IMG/VR virus record: IMGVR_UViG_3300026258_000307
Location: 1-38,013 of that record
DNA: 38,013 nt
Direction: 5' to 3' (one strand)
Origin: a virus
Lineage: Duplodnaviria > Caudoviricetes
The notes under the pieces were generated by a model, which searched no databases, was not told where the DNA came from, and saw only the letters and a list, made by a program, of their open reading frames with translations. The position numbers were made by a program, and so were the translations under genes. Shown here piece by piece: positions 17,095-26,106 of the stretch (its first letter is position 1; each line of letters begins with the position of its first letter).

Positions 17095-17367
17095 ATGAGT
17101 CGAACACACAGACACATTATATCACAATATAAACCAACCTACGAGGGATCATATGCTATTATACAGAAGTCTACAAATGCGGCCTTTATTTCAGCGGAAA
17201 TTATGGAAATTAATGAGGAAACAAAGGGTATACGACAAGAGAGCGAAGTTGTATATTTTGAATCAACATTGGCTGAAAATCAGGAAACAGAAAGACAGAA
17301 GAAGACGGAGAGTGCTAAGGAAAATATTCAAAGCAAGGCAGTTGTCTATGCTTCGTCGTATGTATAG
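17095..17367 (+). CDS. Hypothetical Glu-rich protein (90 aa), frame 1 of an overlapping pair
   Basis: ATG 7 nt after TAAGTA; open to the TAG at 17365-17367. Confidence 0.4.
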   Translation: MSRTHRHIISQYKPTYEGSYAIIQKSTNAAFISAEIMEINEETKGIRQESEVVYFESTLAENQETERQKKTESAKENIQSKAVVYASSYV

Positions 17368-17380
17368 TGAGTCTATTTGA
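17153..17380 (+). CDS. Hypothetical highly basic protein (75 aa), frame 2 of an overlapping pair
   Basis: GAGGGA SD-like sequence shortly upstream; about one third Lys/Arg. Confidence 0.5.
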   Translation: MLLYRSLQMRPLFQRKLWKLMRKQRVYDKRAKLYILNQHWLKIRKQKDRRRRRVLRKIFKARQLSMLRRMYSESI

Positions 17381-17645
17381 TAAATTGATCTAGTACGTTT
17401 CCGTAGGCCTTATGGAAATGTGCATAAAGACTTTCAAAGGGGATTAGGTCTCCAAAGTTCGGCTGGCCAGGAACTTCACACTTCAGGACTTCTTCGTTCA
17501 CTAGATCCAGCACAACTCCTGAATCGAGTATTTTCCCTGGTCCACATTTCTTTTTTGACAATTCAATTAATTCGTCGTACCCACCTTTTGCATTGATACT
17601 ATATTTTACTATTAGAAATCTTTTTTTGTCGTGCTTTTTGCCCAT
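17373..17645 (-). CDS. Hypothetical protein (90 aa)
   Basis: Coupled to the upstream gene (TAATG). Confidence 0.75.
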   Translation of the reverse strand: MGKKHDKKRFLIVKYSINAKGGYDELIELSKKKCGPGKILDSGVVLDLVNEEVLKCEVPGQPNFGDLIPFESLYAHFHKAYGNVLDQFIK

Positions 17646-18205
17646 TACTCTACCGGCTCACCTTCGAATGACATCCAATATCTATCGACTAATCCGGCAT
17701 TGCAACCTGAGTGCATTGATGTGCCATGCCACTCAAATGCTGTTCCTTTAGGCAGGCCATATGCAACTCTATCTTTATCTAGAAAGAATGCATGGCCAAG
17801 ATGGCTTGTGACTGCCACCCACACCCTTTTGACTTTCTTAATTTTTTTATCTGGATTTGCTTTTTGTTTGAAACCGTTGTACCTGTCTATGTGCGGATGT
17901 GAAAACATTCCAGGCCTCATACCATTTATTTTAACTACTGCATTAGAATATTCAATGCCATATTTTTCAAAATATTTTTTTGGTACACATTCTTTTACTT
18001 CCGGGAAGTCTTTGCTGTGCCATTGCCTTATGCCTGTTTTTTTTGCATATAGTTCTGTGCTTTTATCCTCTGTTCGGTTACGGTCTGTAGGAAAGAAGAA
18101 TGCTTCTTCTACAAAAAACTCTTTGGGTTCTATGTTTTTTGTTATATGATTAACCTTTTCCCAATCGAGATCTAGAACTTCAGTTTCAATACCTTTTAAT
18201 GACAT
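17645..18205 (-). CDS. 2OG-Fe(II)/cupin oxygenase, Asp/Asn beta-hydroxylase-like
   Basis: PHID (HxD) and distal MHSGCNAG..RY motif of double-stranded beta-helix oxygenases. Confidence 0.65.
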   Translation of the reverse strand: MSLKGIETEVLDLDWEKVNHITKNIEPKEFFVEEAFFFPTDRNRTEDKSTELYAKKTGIRQWHSKDFPEVKECVPKKYFEKYGIEYSNAVVKINGMRPGMFSHPHIDRYNGFKQKANPDKKIKKVKRVWVAVTSHLGHAFFLDKDRVAYGLPKGTAFEWHGTSMHSGCNAGLVDRYWMSFEGEPVE

Positions 18206-18210
18206 AGTGG

Positions 18211-18216
18211 TATTTA
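18211..18216 (-). promoter_or_regulatory. Late promoter core TAAATA
   Basis: Intergenic, 5 nt before the ATG at 18205. Confidence 0.7.
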
Positions 18217-18220
18217 TTTG

Positions 18221-19144
18221 CTATTGGGATAGCCTTGCAAGTTTTATCATAACACTGGCTAGATTTATTTCTGGATCTGCTACAAAAGAATGATCCACCA
18301 ATCCTTGTTTTATTATCAGCACCGCCTTGTCCTGTGCGTCCTCATCTTTGCTGATGATATCCAAGTTGTCATACAGCCATCTGTATATTTCTTCACACTC
18401 CTCTGGCCTTGCCTGGGCACATACAAGTTTCCTTGCTTCTTGTATCTTGCCTTGCTTGAACAGTTCAACCATTTGTAATCTGTAATCCTGTTGTCCAGAA
18501 TCTCCTGACTGTGGAGGCATCAGTTTTCCATCTCTGCAATTTTGTTGTATCATGTTGATGCACTTTCTTAGATCAGGATATGATGCTTTTACGTATGTGT
18601 CCAACACTTCTATGTCTGGTTCCATCTGTTCCGCTATCAATATCTCTGCTGTCCTTGCCGTGAATTCGTTCTTGTCAATAGTCTCCATGTGGAATCCTTG
18701 GCACCTTGAATGTAGTGCTGGAATGACCCTGTTTGGATAATTGCAAGTCAAAATAAATCTTGCTGATGTGTGATACATTTCCATCACACCACGTAATGCC
18801 GCCTGTCCGTTTGGACTCATGTAGTCTGCCTCATCTAGCAAGACATATTTGTATGCACCAAATGGCATGATCTGTACAAACGAATTAATTTTTTCTCTTA
18901 CTGTGTCTACTGAATTTTCTCTTGAAGCATTTATTTCTAGTATGTCATAACTGCTTACTTCTAGTTCTTGAAACAATACCTTTGCAAGTGTAGTCTTACC
19001 CACACCCGGGGCACCACTTAATAATAAATGTGGGATCGCTTTGTCATTGATCCATGTTTGTATTTGATTCCTTTGTGCTTCATCACGTACCACATATTCT
19101 TTTAGTGTTTTCGGTCTGTATTTTTCTACCCAAAGTTCTTTCAT
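18221..19144 (-). CDS. Clamp loader AAA+ subunit (T4 gp44 / RFC small subunit-like)
   Basis: LWVEKYRP, GAPGVGKT, EINAS, LLDEAD and SRC motifs. Confidence 0.93.
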   Translation of the reverse strand: MKELWVEKYRPKTLKEYVVRDEAQRNQIQTWINDKAIPHLLLSGAPGVGKTTLAKVLFQELEVSSYDILEINASRENSVDTVREKINSFVQIMPFGAYKYVLLDEADYMSPNGQAALRGVMEMYHTSARFILTCNYPNRVIPALHSRCQGFHMETIDKNEFTARTAEILIAEQMEPDIEVLDTYVKASYPDLRKCINMIQQNCRDGKLMPPQSGDSGQQDYRLQMVELFKQGKIQEARKLVCAQARPEECEEIYRWLYDNLDIISKDEDAQDKAVLIIKQGLVDHSFVADPEINLASVMIKLARLSQ

Positions 19145-19305
19145 TTACGTAACCATTTCCTTGCCGCTTCTATTGGATTTTTTAATCCGTCGTATGTTGA
19201 ATCTATAAACTTAATATGTTTATAAAGGCTTTGTGACAGTTTGTCAACAGTGTTTTGAAGTTTATCAATCTTTTTGTTGAGTGCTTCAAGTTCTTTTTTT
19301 GTCAT
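19141..19305 (-). CDS. Small coiled-coil protein (54 aa)
   Basis: MTKKELEALNKKIDKLQ...; ATGA overlap with the clamp loader. The track start at 19407 lies inside fdh. Confidence 0.65.
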   Translation of the reverse strand: MTKKELEALNKKIDKLQNTVDKLSQSLYKHIKFIDSTYDGLKNPIEAARKWLRK

Positions 19306-19321
19306 CACAAAGCCTATTATA

Positions 19322-20518
19322 TTATTTTTTGTATTTCGCCGCTTCTTCAGAGCCACCTGTTGCAGTACCTTTACTATAACTGTGGGCACCCATGCCAGCA
19401 AGTTCACCGTTCTGCACGATTAGGTATTGGTTCCTAATTGGTGTGCCGTCAAAGAAACATTCAAGTATTTCTCTGACACCGTCAGCATATCTTGTCTGTG
19501 CTGATAGTGATGTTCCTGATGTGTGTGGTGTCATACCGTGATTTGGCATTGATCTCCAAACGTGATCATTTGGTGCTGGTTGTGGGAACCAAACGTCTCC
19601 TGCATAGCCAGACAGTTGTCCACTTTTCAATGCATCAGCGATGGCTTCTCTGTTACAGATTTTGCCTCTCGCAGTGTTCACAATGTAAGCACCTTTTTTC
19701 ATCTTGCTTATCATTTCAGCATCAAATAAGTTTTCTGTCTCTGGGTGTAGTGGACAGTTGATTGTCACAACGTCACATACCTTGACCATTGATTCAACTG
19801 ACTCATGGAAAGTGAGATTTAACTCTTTCTCCACTGCTTCAGGCAATCTGTGTCTGTCAAAGTAATGTAGATGTACATCAAATGGTTTCATTTTTCTCAA
19901 AGCATCAAGACCGATTCTTCCTGCCGCAACTGTTCCGATGTGCATTCCTTCCACATCATAACTTCTCTGTACTGCGTCAGCAATATTCCAACCACCTTCA
20001 TTAACTATTCTATGTTGGTTGTGGTAGTCTCTGACCATTGAAACGATCATCATGACAATGTGTTCTGCAACTGATCTTGAATTACAGTAGGTCACTTCAA
20101 CAACATCAATCTTGTTGTCCATTGCCGCTTGTAAATCCACGTGATCAGATCCGATACCTGCCGTGATAGCCATTTTAAGGTTTTTTGCTTTTTCTATTTT
20201 TTCCCTTGTGAGATAGTAAGGAAAGAAAGGTTGTGATATAACAACATCAGCATCAACAATGTGTTTGTCGGCTTCGCAGTCGTCACCATCTTTGCTAGAC
20301 GTCACAACTAATTCATGTCCTGCGTCTTCCAAGAACTTTCTAAGTCCTAGTTCACCCGACACACAACCTAGCAAATCACCTGGATTGAAATCTCTTCCTT
20401 TTGGTGATGGTAGCGTCATGCCATCTGGATACTTCTCTAACTTGGGGAGATCCGTAAGTGGATAACTCTCAGGCATTCCGCCTTTAGGGTCGTCGTATAA
20501 TACGCATAGTATTTTCAT
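19322..20518 (-). CDS. fdh: NAD-dependent formate dehydrogenase (metal-independent, Pseudomonas sp. 101 type)
   Basis: Full-length match to FDH hallmarks: KILCVLYDDP, SGELGLR, SQPF, AGIGSDHVDL, YCNS, AAGRIG, FDRH, NTARG, GDVWFPQPAP, MTPHTSG, AHSYSKG; AGGAG SD. Confidence 0.96.
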   Translation of the reverse strand: MKILCVLYDDPKGGMPESYPLTDLPKLEKYPDGMTLPSPKGRDFNPGDLLGCVSGELGLRKFLEDAGHELVVTSSKDGDDCEADKHIVDADVVISQPFFPYYLTREKIEKAKNLKMAITAGIGSDHVDLQAAMDNKIDVVEVTYCNSRSVAEHIVMMIVSMVRDYHNQHRIVNEGGWNIADAVQRSYDVEGMHIGTVAAGRIGLDALRKMKPFDVHLHYFDRHRLPEAVEKELNLTFHESVESMVKVCDVVTINCPLHPETENLFDAEMISKMKKGAYIVNTARGKICNREAIADALKSGQLSGYAGDVWFPQPAPNDHVWRSMPNHGMTPHTSGTSLSAQTRYADGVREILECFFDGTPIRNQYLIVQNGELAGMGAHSYSKGTATGGSEEAAKYKK

Positions 20519-20542
20519 TTTATCTCCTGTTAGTGTTATTGA

Positions 20543-21583
20543 TTATACAGAATTCTCTAGGTATTGTCTATATAATTGTTCCTGGGCCATGTTTTTACCT
20601 TTGGCCTCGACCTGTATGTCGAAGTTTTCCGAGAACGATAGTGCCCAGTCGTTAACCTTCCTGTTTGGTAATAGGTCCGAGTGTGCTCGTAGTTTCTGTT
20701 TTTTGCAACCTCTGTCTAGTAAATCTTTGATGTTGTGCATCTCTGTGTGTGTTTTGTCACCTAAGTCTGCAACTGCCAAGTGTTCATCTCTTGAATAAGA
20801 GTAGTGCATACTAGGCCTTACACCACGCCAACTGTCGATAACTCTTTTCACTCTGTCGTCATTTGCTTCAATATATTCCTCGTCTCTGATCCAATGATGA
20901 TGTATGTCTAGCACAAGAGCAAGATCCTTTTCCAATTCAAGACTGGCATCTAGTCCCCAACCCATTTCGTCATTCTCGATTGTGATCAGATTACGTGCCT
21001 CGGGAGATAACCTTGGTAGTGCTTTACGTATGCCATCAGGTCCTTGTCTGCCAGAGATGTGTACATTAATCTTGCAACCATCCTGGAATGACTTACCAAA
21101 ACCCATCCAACGTGCCATGTCGGTATGGTATTCAAATTCTTCTATGCTACGTTCTACAATATCTGGTGTTGCACTTGAAAGCACACAGAATTGTCCTGGA
21201 TGGAAACTTACCTTTACGCCTAGTTTTCTAGCCATTTCACCTACAGGTGCAAATAACTTAGGCAGGTGGTTCTGTAATTCTGGTCTCTGCCACCAAGACT
21301 TCCAATCTTTTTCAGTGTAACCTTGAAGCATCTCACTACCTAGTCTCACCATCCTACGTTCAGGTGGCAGTGAGCCAACACGTTGTACCAGTCTACGTGC
21401 GGCAAGTGTGTTGTGTGTTAGTATGTCCCATTGGCGTTGTTCTGCCTCGTCCTTGTGCTCACGTAGCCAACGCATGGTTGTGGATCTGCCATTAAGTTCT
21501 CTGTCCTTGGCATTTACTTTCATGCCGCCAAATTCTTTCTCAGAGTTCAACCATTTGCAACAGAAACCAAAACGTCTTACCAT
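20543..21583 (-). CDS. uvsE: UV-damage endonuclease (UvsE/UVDE)
   Basis: RFGFCC, RLGSE, SFHPGQF, NVHISG, TIENDE, LDIHHHW, HYS, RAHSD and VEAKGK motifs. Confidence 0.93.
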   Translation of the reverse strand: MVRRFGFCCKWLNSEKEFGGMKVNAKDRELNGRSTTMRWLREHKDEAEQRQWDILTHNTLAARRLVQRVGSLPPERRMVRLGSEMLQGYTEKDWKSWWQRPELQNHLPKLFAPVGEMARKLGVKVSFHPGQFCVLSSATPDIVERSIEEFEYHTDMARWMGFGKSFQDGCKINVHISGRQGPDGIRKALPRLSPEARNLITIENDEMGWGLDASLELEKDLALVLDIHHHWIRDEEYIEANDDRVKRVIDSWRGVRPSMHYSYSRDEHLAVADLGDKTHTEMHNIKDLLDRGCKKQKLRAHSDLLPNRKVNDWALSFSENFDIQVEAKGKNMAQEQLYRQYLENSV

Positions 21584-21589
21584 GCCTTT

Positions 21590-21617
21590 ATTGTAACAGA
21601 TATATGTAGTTTGTCAA
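21590..21617 (-). promoter_or_regulatory. sigma70-type early promoter TTGACA-N16-TACAAT with extended -10 TGn
   Basis: -35 at 21612-21617, -10 at 21590-21595; uvsE ATG at 21583, 6 nt downstream. Confidence 0.75.
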
Positions 21618-21997
21618 TCTTTATAGAAGGCCCACTGGCCAATTATATCACTGCACTCCAGTTTGAAACCGTATTCTCTGTCGATGTCTCGCAGTATTTT
21701 GTTTGCCTTGGCCATGTTCAATCCTATGTCTGCTGGTAATGGCAAGGCTTCTATCTCTTTTTCTTTCATTGCTTTGGCGGCCTGTACCCTGTGCCAACCA
21801 TCTGTCAACAAATAGTATCCGGAATCTTTTATGGGAGTTACAAGTATTGGATCAAACGGCTCTTCTTGTTTTTTAAGTTTGTTTATCCAACCTCTTTTTT
21901 CTTTATTAAGAGGACGTACTGCACCGAGACCCATTTCAGCCATTGTAACAAGTTTATCAATGGGCACGAGTGTCCTTTTGAGTTTGATCTTTTTCAT
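21614..21997 (-). CDS. ParB/Sulfiredoxin N-terminal domain protein
   Basis: DPILV...YYLLTDGWHRVQAAK motif. Confidence 0.8.
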   Translation of the reverse strand: MKKIKLKRTLVPIDKLVTMAEMGLGAVRPLNKEKRGWINKLKKQEEPFDPILVTPIKDSGYYLLTDGWHRVQAAKAMKEKEIEALPLPADIGLNMAKANKILRDIDREYGFKLECSDIIGQWAFYKD

Positions 21998-22236
21998 TAC
22001 TTAATGCCTTTAATTTTTTTATATGTTTTGTGGAGTGCATAGAACCATAATCCATTAATGCTTGGCTCAACAAGTGCAACAGCACCGGCCTCCCATAAAC
22101 TGGCTCCTGTCATCACACTGACCACAGTCATTGCTATTATAATATGGCCAAATGTATAAATCAGTGCAAGTCCTAAACTTGAACTAGTTAATAATTTTTG
22201 AAATGCTCCTTGTATGCCTTGTGTAAACTCAGTCAT
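21997..22236 (-). CDS. DUF2061-like small membrane protein
   Basis: IYTFGHIIIAM...AGAVALVEP..NGLWFYALHK pattern. Confidence 0.65.
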   Translation of the reverse strand: MTEFTQGIQGAFQKLLTSSSLGLALIYTFGHIIIAMTVVSVMTGASLWEAGAVALVEPSINGLWFYALHKTYKKIKGIK

Positions 22237-22696
22237 TGCCCGGAAGTGATGTCATTTGTTGCATTCCACCAGTGTTGACGTATCCTGCTTGTTTTCTATT
22301 GAATTCTGGTTCATCGTCTGATACAAGGAGAATGTCATTCTCGTCAATCATTCTGACTTCTAATTCAACGCCTATCTCACCGGCAGATCCTTTTTCTTTT
22401 CTTTTAACTTTGAATGCTCTTGACCATCTGCCATGTGCAACCAATATCCATTGTCCGACTTTAACGTCATCTTGTAACCTACCTACGGCGTATACTTTGC
22501 CCCATCTAGGGTGTATGCCTTCTGCGGTGCCGTCGTCGTCAACTAATATGATTCCACCTTTGGATTTTGTTTCTCCAAAGTGCATATCGGATACCAACAC
22601 TCTTTTCTTAAGTGGGATTATATCATTCTCCACGGTGTATTGCTTACCACCATGAGAACCAAAACCTTTGTTCTGTAAGTCTTCTATCTGTCCCAT
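22229..22696 (-). CDS. groES: GroES-like co-chaperonin
   Basis: IPLKKRVLV, ETKSKGGIIL mobile loop, GKVYAVG, VKVGQ and ENDIL motifs, with terminal extensions. Confidence 0.85.
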   Translation of the reverse strand: MGQIEDLQNKGFGSHGGKQYTVENDIIPLKKRVLVSDMHFGETKSKGGIILVDDDGTAEGIHPRWGKVYAVGRLQDDVKVGQWILVAHGRWSRAFKVKRKEKGSAGEIGVELEVRMIDENDILLVSDDEPEFNRKQAGYVNTGGMQQMTSLPGND

Positions 22697-22704
22697 ATAG
22701 AAGT

Positions 22705-22733
22705 ATTATATAAGATTTATTCTAGTCCGTCAA
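22705..22733 (-). promoter_or_regulatory. sigma70-type promoter TTGACG-N17-TATAAT
   Basis: -35 at 22728-22733, -10 at 22705-22710; ATG at 22696, 8 nt downstream. Confidence 0.75.
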
Positions 22734-23094
22734 GAGCCGCTTCTATGCCTTTTTTAGGCGAGGCTTTTGGTTTTGTAGATTTCGTTACCTGTTTGGCTTG
22801 TGGCTTTGCAGTCATCACTGGTTTAGGTGCTGGTGCAGTCTTTCTAGGTGCCTGTGGTTTTGCTCTCGCAGGCCTGTCATCGACTCTGCCCTTTGGTTGC
22901 TCGTAGTATTTTTTTATGACTTTGTCTTTTGACGTAATTATCTGACCGCCTGGTCCTAGCACATCACCACGTGCATTCACGTTCATGTTTCCAACTGCTA
23001 TTTGATCTTCGTTGGTTGCTCTCAATTTTTCTATGTCGATCATTCTGCCCTGCATAGATCTGTACATTCTTTTTCTTGTTGGTCTTGCTACCAT
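22717..23094 (-). CDS. Hypothetical protein with Lys/Pro/Ala-rich tail (125 aa)
   Basis: AGGAG SD; GNMNVNARGD core; TAAGTA at 23114-23119 upstream. Confidence 0.8.
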   Translation of the reverse strand: MVARPTRKRMYRSMQGRMIDIEKLRATNEDQIAVGNMNVNARGDVLGPGGQIITSKDKVIKKYYEQPKGRVDDRPARAKPQAPRKTAPAPKPVMTAKPQAKQVTKSTKPKASPKKGIEAALDGLE

Positions 23095-23112
23095 AATATG
23101 CTCCTATTACAA

Positions 23113-24138
23113 TTACTTATCATCACGTTGATCACCTGGTCCTAAAATATCTCCAGGAAGGTCGCCATAGACGATCAAAACACTCCTAGGTTCGTCGCTG
23201 TCATTTACCGCTGTGTGGGTGTGCTCTAAAGTGTTGATCAGACATGGCCTATTCTTAAATGGTACCACGCCTGCTTTACCAAGTTTGAAATGATTTTTAG
23301 ACCAATCGCCCTTCAAAGGCCAGTAAAATTTTTTACAACCTCGTATCACACTGTATTTTTTTCTACTATAATGGTCATCCCTGTGCATGAATAGATGGCT
23401 CTTTGGATACAGAGTCTGCATTGAAATACTTAATATATTTTTGTAACCGACTTTATCTATTAAGAGTTCTTTCATTTTAGGTGCTTTAGACCAATCCATA
23501 TCTAGAAACGGAAGATCTGATTTTGTAGGTGAGTTTGTCTTTATATCCATTACTCCTCGAAAGGCTCCTGTGATATCTCTTACATTAATAGCATTCATCT
23601 CCTCAATGATGTCATCAACTTCTGGAGTTTCGATGTCTAAAATCTTATATGGTGTGTAATCAGTGTCTGTTTTCCACCAGTGTGGACCATCACCATTTGC
23701 CAGATAACTTTTTATACTTTCAGGAAATTGGTTTTCTAGCACACAAGGTCTATCAACAGTAAAAACATATTTTGTAAAGAGATTCTTTCCGAAATCTCCA
23801 CCGTCTATTTCTGTAAAAACCCTATCTAGAAACACCCCTAATTTTGTGTGTATCCAGAGTTTCATGACTCCACCTTCGTCCCACATGGCCGCGGCAGGTT
23901 GATGTTCACTCCCATTTCCGTCAACGTAGTATCCTGTGTAAAGAGTGTGCTCTATACTTTCATCATTCAGTTTTACATCTTTGATTTCTGTTCTCTGTCC
24001 TGTATAAGGCAAGTTTAATTCGTACCACCCATCATCTAAACTGAAATCTTCATCCAGTTTGAAATCTGTTCTATTGCCCGATAGGTCTAGTAGGAAATTT
24101 TCTTTTATGGGCCTGTTGCTCTCAATAGAAATCTTCAT
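23113..24138 (-). CDS. Protein with C-terminal Asp/Asn beta-hydroxylase-like 2OG-Fe(II) domain (341 aa)
   Basis: MHRD (HxD) and distal HTAVNDSDEPR motif. Confidence 0.65.
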   Translation of the reverse strand: MKISIESNRPIKENFLLDLSGNRTDFKLDEDFSLDDGWYELNLPYTGQRTEIKDVKLNDESIEHTLYTGYYVDGNGSEHQPAAAMWDEGGVMKLWIHTKLGVFLDRVFTEIDGGDFGKNLFTKYVFTVDRPCVLENQFPESIKSYLANGDGPHWWKTDTDYTPYKILDIETPEVDDIIEEMNAINVRDITGAFRGVMDIKTNSPTKSDLPFLDMDWSKAPKMKELLIDKVGYKNILSISMQTLYPKSHLFMHRDDHYSRKKYSVIRGCKKFYWPLKGDWSKNHFKLGKAGVVPFKNRPCLINTLEHTHTAVNDSDEPRSVLIVYGDLPGDILGPGDQRDDK

Positions 24139-24656
24139 CGTAAAAATTCTTTGATGTCTAGATTGTAAAGTAAAGGGTTAATCTTGTGTACTCCAATCAA
24201 GAACAAACAGAAACTGGCCACACTCGATCCTCTTCCAACTCCCCATACAATGTTGTTGGCTCGTAGTGTGTCAACAAAATATATTAAGAACTGTAACACT
24301 TTTACAAATTTTTTCTTCTCGAATAAATCATATTCGGTTTGCACTCTCATCTTTTCCTCATCGTTTTGGCATTTGTCTAATAGCCATTGTAACACATTTA
24401 TTTGATAATACTTCTCTGGCATGTGCCAATTACCAATATTTATTGTGTCAAATTCTTCCACAGATTTTCTGTCTGGCACTGTTTTAATCAGCGGAAACCC
24501 TAATCCTGTCTGTTTTATTGCGTTGTTGTATTGCTCTGTTTCGCTGAAGAACAATTTAGAAATATCAAAGTCTGGATTGTTGTAAAGTAGGTCTATGGTT
24601 TCCTGTTCAGAAAATACCACATCACCGTGTTCATTTGTTTTTGTCTTTGCCGCCAT
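24135..24656 (-). CDS. Stand-alone fragment of DNA polymerase III alpha (DnaE-like)
   Basis: RVQTEYDLF...YFVDTLRANNIVWGVGRGSSVASFCLFLIGVHKINPLLYNL..EFL matches the DnaE GRGS region; only 173 aa. Confidence 0.85.
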   Translation of the reverse strand: MAAKTKTNEHGDVVFSEQETIDLLYNNPDFDISKLFFSETEQYNNAIKQTGLGFPLIKTVPDRKSVEEFDTINIGNWHMPEKYYQINVLQWLLDKCQNDEEKMRVQTEYDLFEKKKFVKVLQFLIYFVDTLRANNIVWGVGRGSSVASFCLFLIGVHKINPLLYNLDIKEFLR

Positions 24657-25266
24657 CTAAAACCTTTGGTTGGAACTCAAATATTTTAGCATGGTACTCG
24701 TGCTGTTTGTCAACAGGAATCTTTTGATTGTTCCAACTGAAATGTCCTGTGTATATGCCTTTGTCCAATTCTTCATCATATGTCGCCGTGTCGGGTCTTA
24801 ACCACCATGGATCAAACGTGTTGTATTTTTCCGAGAACCAGTCCGGTCTATCTAAAAGTATAAGCTCTTTGCTGTCTTTGTCAACCGTATAGGTAATACC
24901 GTCGCCCTGCCAGGAACTGAGTGATATGTGATTTATGACAATCTTACTATCTAGTATGCTGTTGGCCTTGCAGAAACACACGGCCGCCATTATCTGATCG
25001 TAAGGTGGTTTTGGTAACTCGATAAACCTATTATTGGTATTAGTTTTCAAAATACCATATAATTTTTCATCACGCCATGTGGTAATTGTATTTGCAAACA
25101 CTTGTTCAAAAAGACTTTTCAATCTTTCAAAGTATTCTGTCTGTTCTTTTAAATTTGCAGTGTGAGGTGTGAGTGATATTTCTACCTTGTACTCGTTAGG
25201 AAAAAGTTCTCCGTCGACGATTATTATTGATTTAAATTTAGTTTTCCAAGTGAAACTGTTTGACAT
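24631..25266 (-). CDS. Hypothetical protein (211 aa)
   Basis: ATG at 25266, 6 nt after TAAGTA (25273-25278). Confidence 0.8.
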   Translation of the reverse strand: MSNSFTWKTKFKSIIIVDGELFPNEYKVEISLTPHTANLKEQTEYFERLKSLFEQVFANTITTWRDEKLYGILKTNTNNRFIELPKPPYDQIMAAVCFCKANSILDSKIVINHISLSSWQGDGITYTVDKDSKELILLDRPDWFSEKYNTFDPWWLRPDTATYDEELDKGIYTGHFSWNNQKIPVDKQHEYHAKIFEFQPKVLDGGKDKNK

Positions 25267-25278
25267 CAACAATACTTA

Positions 25279-25530
25279 CTAGTCTATGTTGATCAGGTCT
25301 CCAATATCTGGTTCGTTCCTTAATTTCTTGTTGTTCTTGTGCCAGGCCTCAATTCTTCTTTGTCTGATGGCATCACGATATGTGTTGAGAGCCATTTGTA
25401 GATTGGCCAACATTTCAGGATTACGTCCACGTCTTGCTATTGCAACTTTTCTTGTGAGATCTTTAATCCTTTTTGAAATGTCCTCTTCGGACATATTACC
25501 TATTTCTTCTTGCATTGGATGGAAATACAT
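25279..25530 (-). CDS. Hypothetical helical protein (83 aa)
   Basis: GGAGG SD 5 nt upstream of the ATG at 25530. Confidence 0.75.
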   Translation of the reverse strand: MYFHPMQEEIGNMSEEDISKRIKDLTRKVAIARRGRNPEMLANLQMALNTYRDAIRQRRIEAWHKNNKKLRNEPDIGDLINID

Positions 25531-25542
25531 CACCACCTCCTA

Positions 25543-26106
25543 TTAGATATAGTTTTTGCCTAACTGATGCATCAATATGGTAGTGCCTCCATCTGCACTC
25601 ATGAATTCATACAGATATCTACCTGATGTTGGACATGTGATTGTTTTAGAACTGCCATCTCCGCCATCAACATTTTCTGATACTTTCACACTGTTTGGAA
25701 TTGTGATTGTGTGTGCTGTACTGGCGTAGCCAATATCTAAAATTATTCTGCCCAGTTTGCCTGTTGCTGGTAGGTTCAGGAAACTCAAAGTTATTGAAGC
25801 ATTGGTTGTCAAAGTTTGATAATGACCTTTTTCATGGTCTAATGTGATTGCACCGCCTGTTGTGCCATGTGCGAACACTGTTTCTGAATTGTCTTTTAAT
25901 TCTGCATCTGAAACAATATTACCTGAGAAATCATTGTTAGCATTTAGGCTTGCCTTATTACTCTGTAGGTCTTCAATTTCAGTTTTTGTTTCCGTGAAGT
26001 TGTTCTTGATTGCATTGAAGTTGTCCCTCATGCCCTGAGAACTGTTGTCTTGTCCTGCTGTTGGGTATGTCCCGTCTATGTTTCCTGGTACTATGTTACT
26101 TGCCAT
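25543..26106 (-). CDS. Putative virion (tail/baseplate) protein (187 aa)
   Basis: N-terminal YPTAGQDNSSQGMRDNF..IKNNF coiled segment followed by a beta-rich domain; in the late structural operon. Confidence 0.7.
   Translation of the reverse strand: MASNIVPGNIDGTYPTAGQDNSSQGMRDNFNAIKNNFTETKTEIEDLQSNKASLNANNDFSGNIVSDAELKDNSETVFAHGTTGGAITLDHEKGHYQTLTTNASITLSFLNLPATGKLGRIILDIGYASTAHTITIPNSVKVSENVDGGDGSSKTITCPTSGRYLYEFMSADGGTTILMHQLGKNYI

Noticed and set aside
24135-24656. Split-intein DnaE
   Set aside because: No intein N-terminal block follows the polymerase sequence.
24631-25266. Possible QueD/T-fold enzyme
   Set aside because: Only a vague secondary-structure impression; the HGH and other Zn-ligand motifs are absent.
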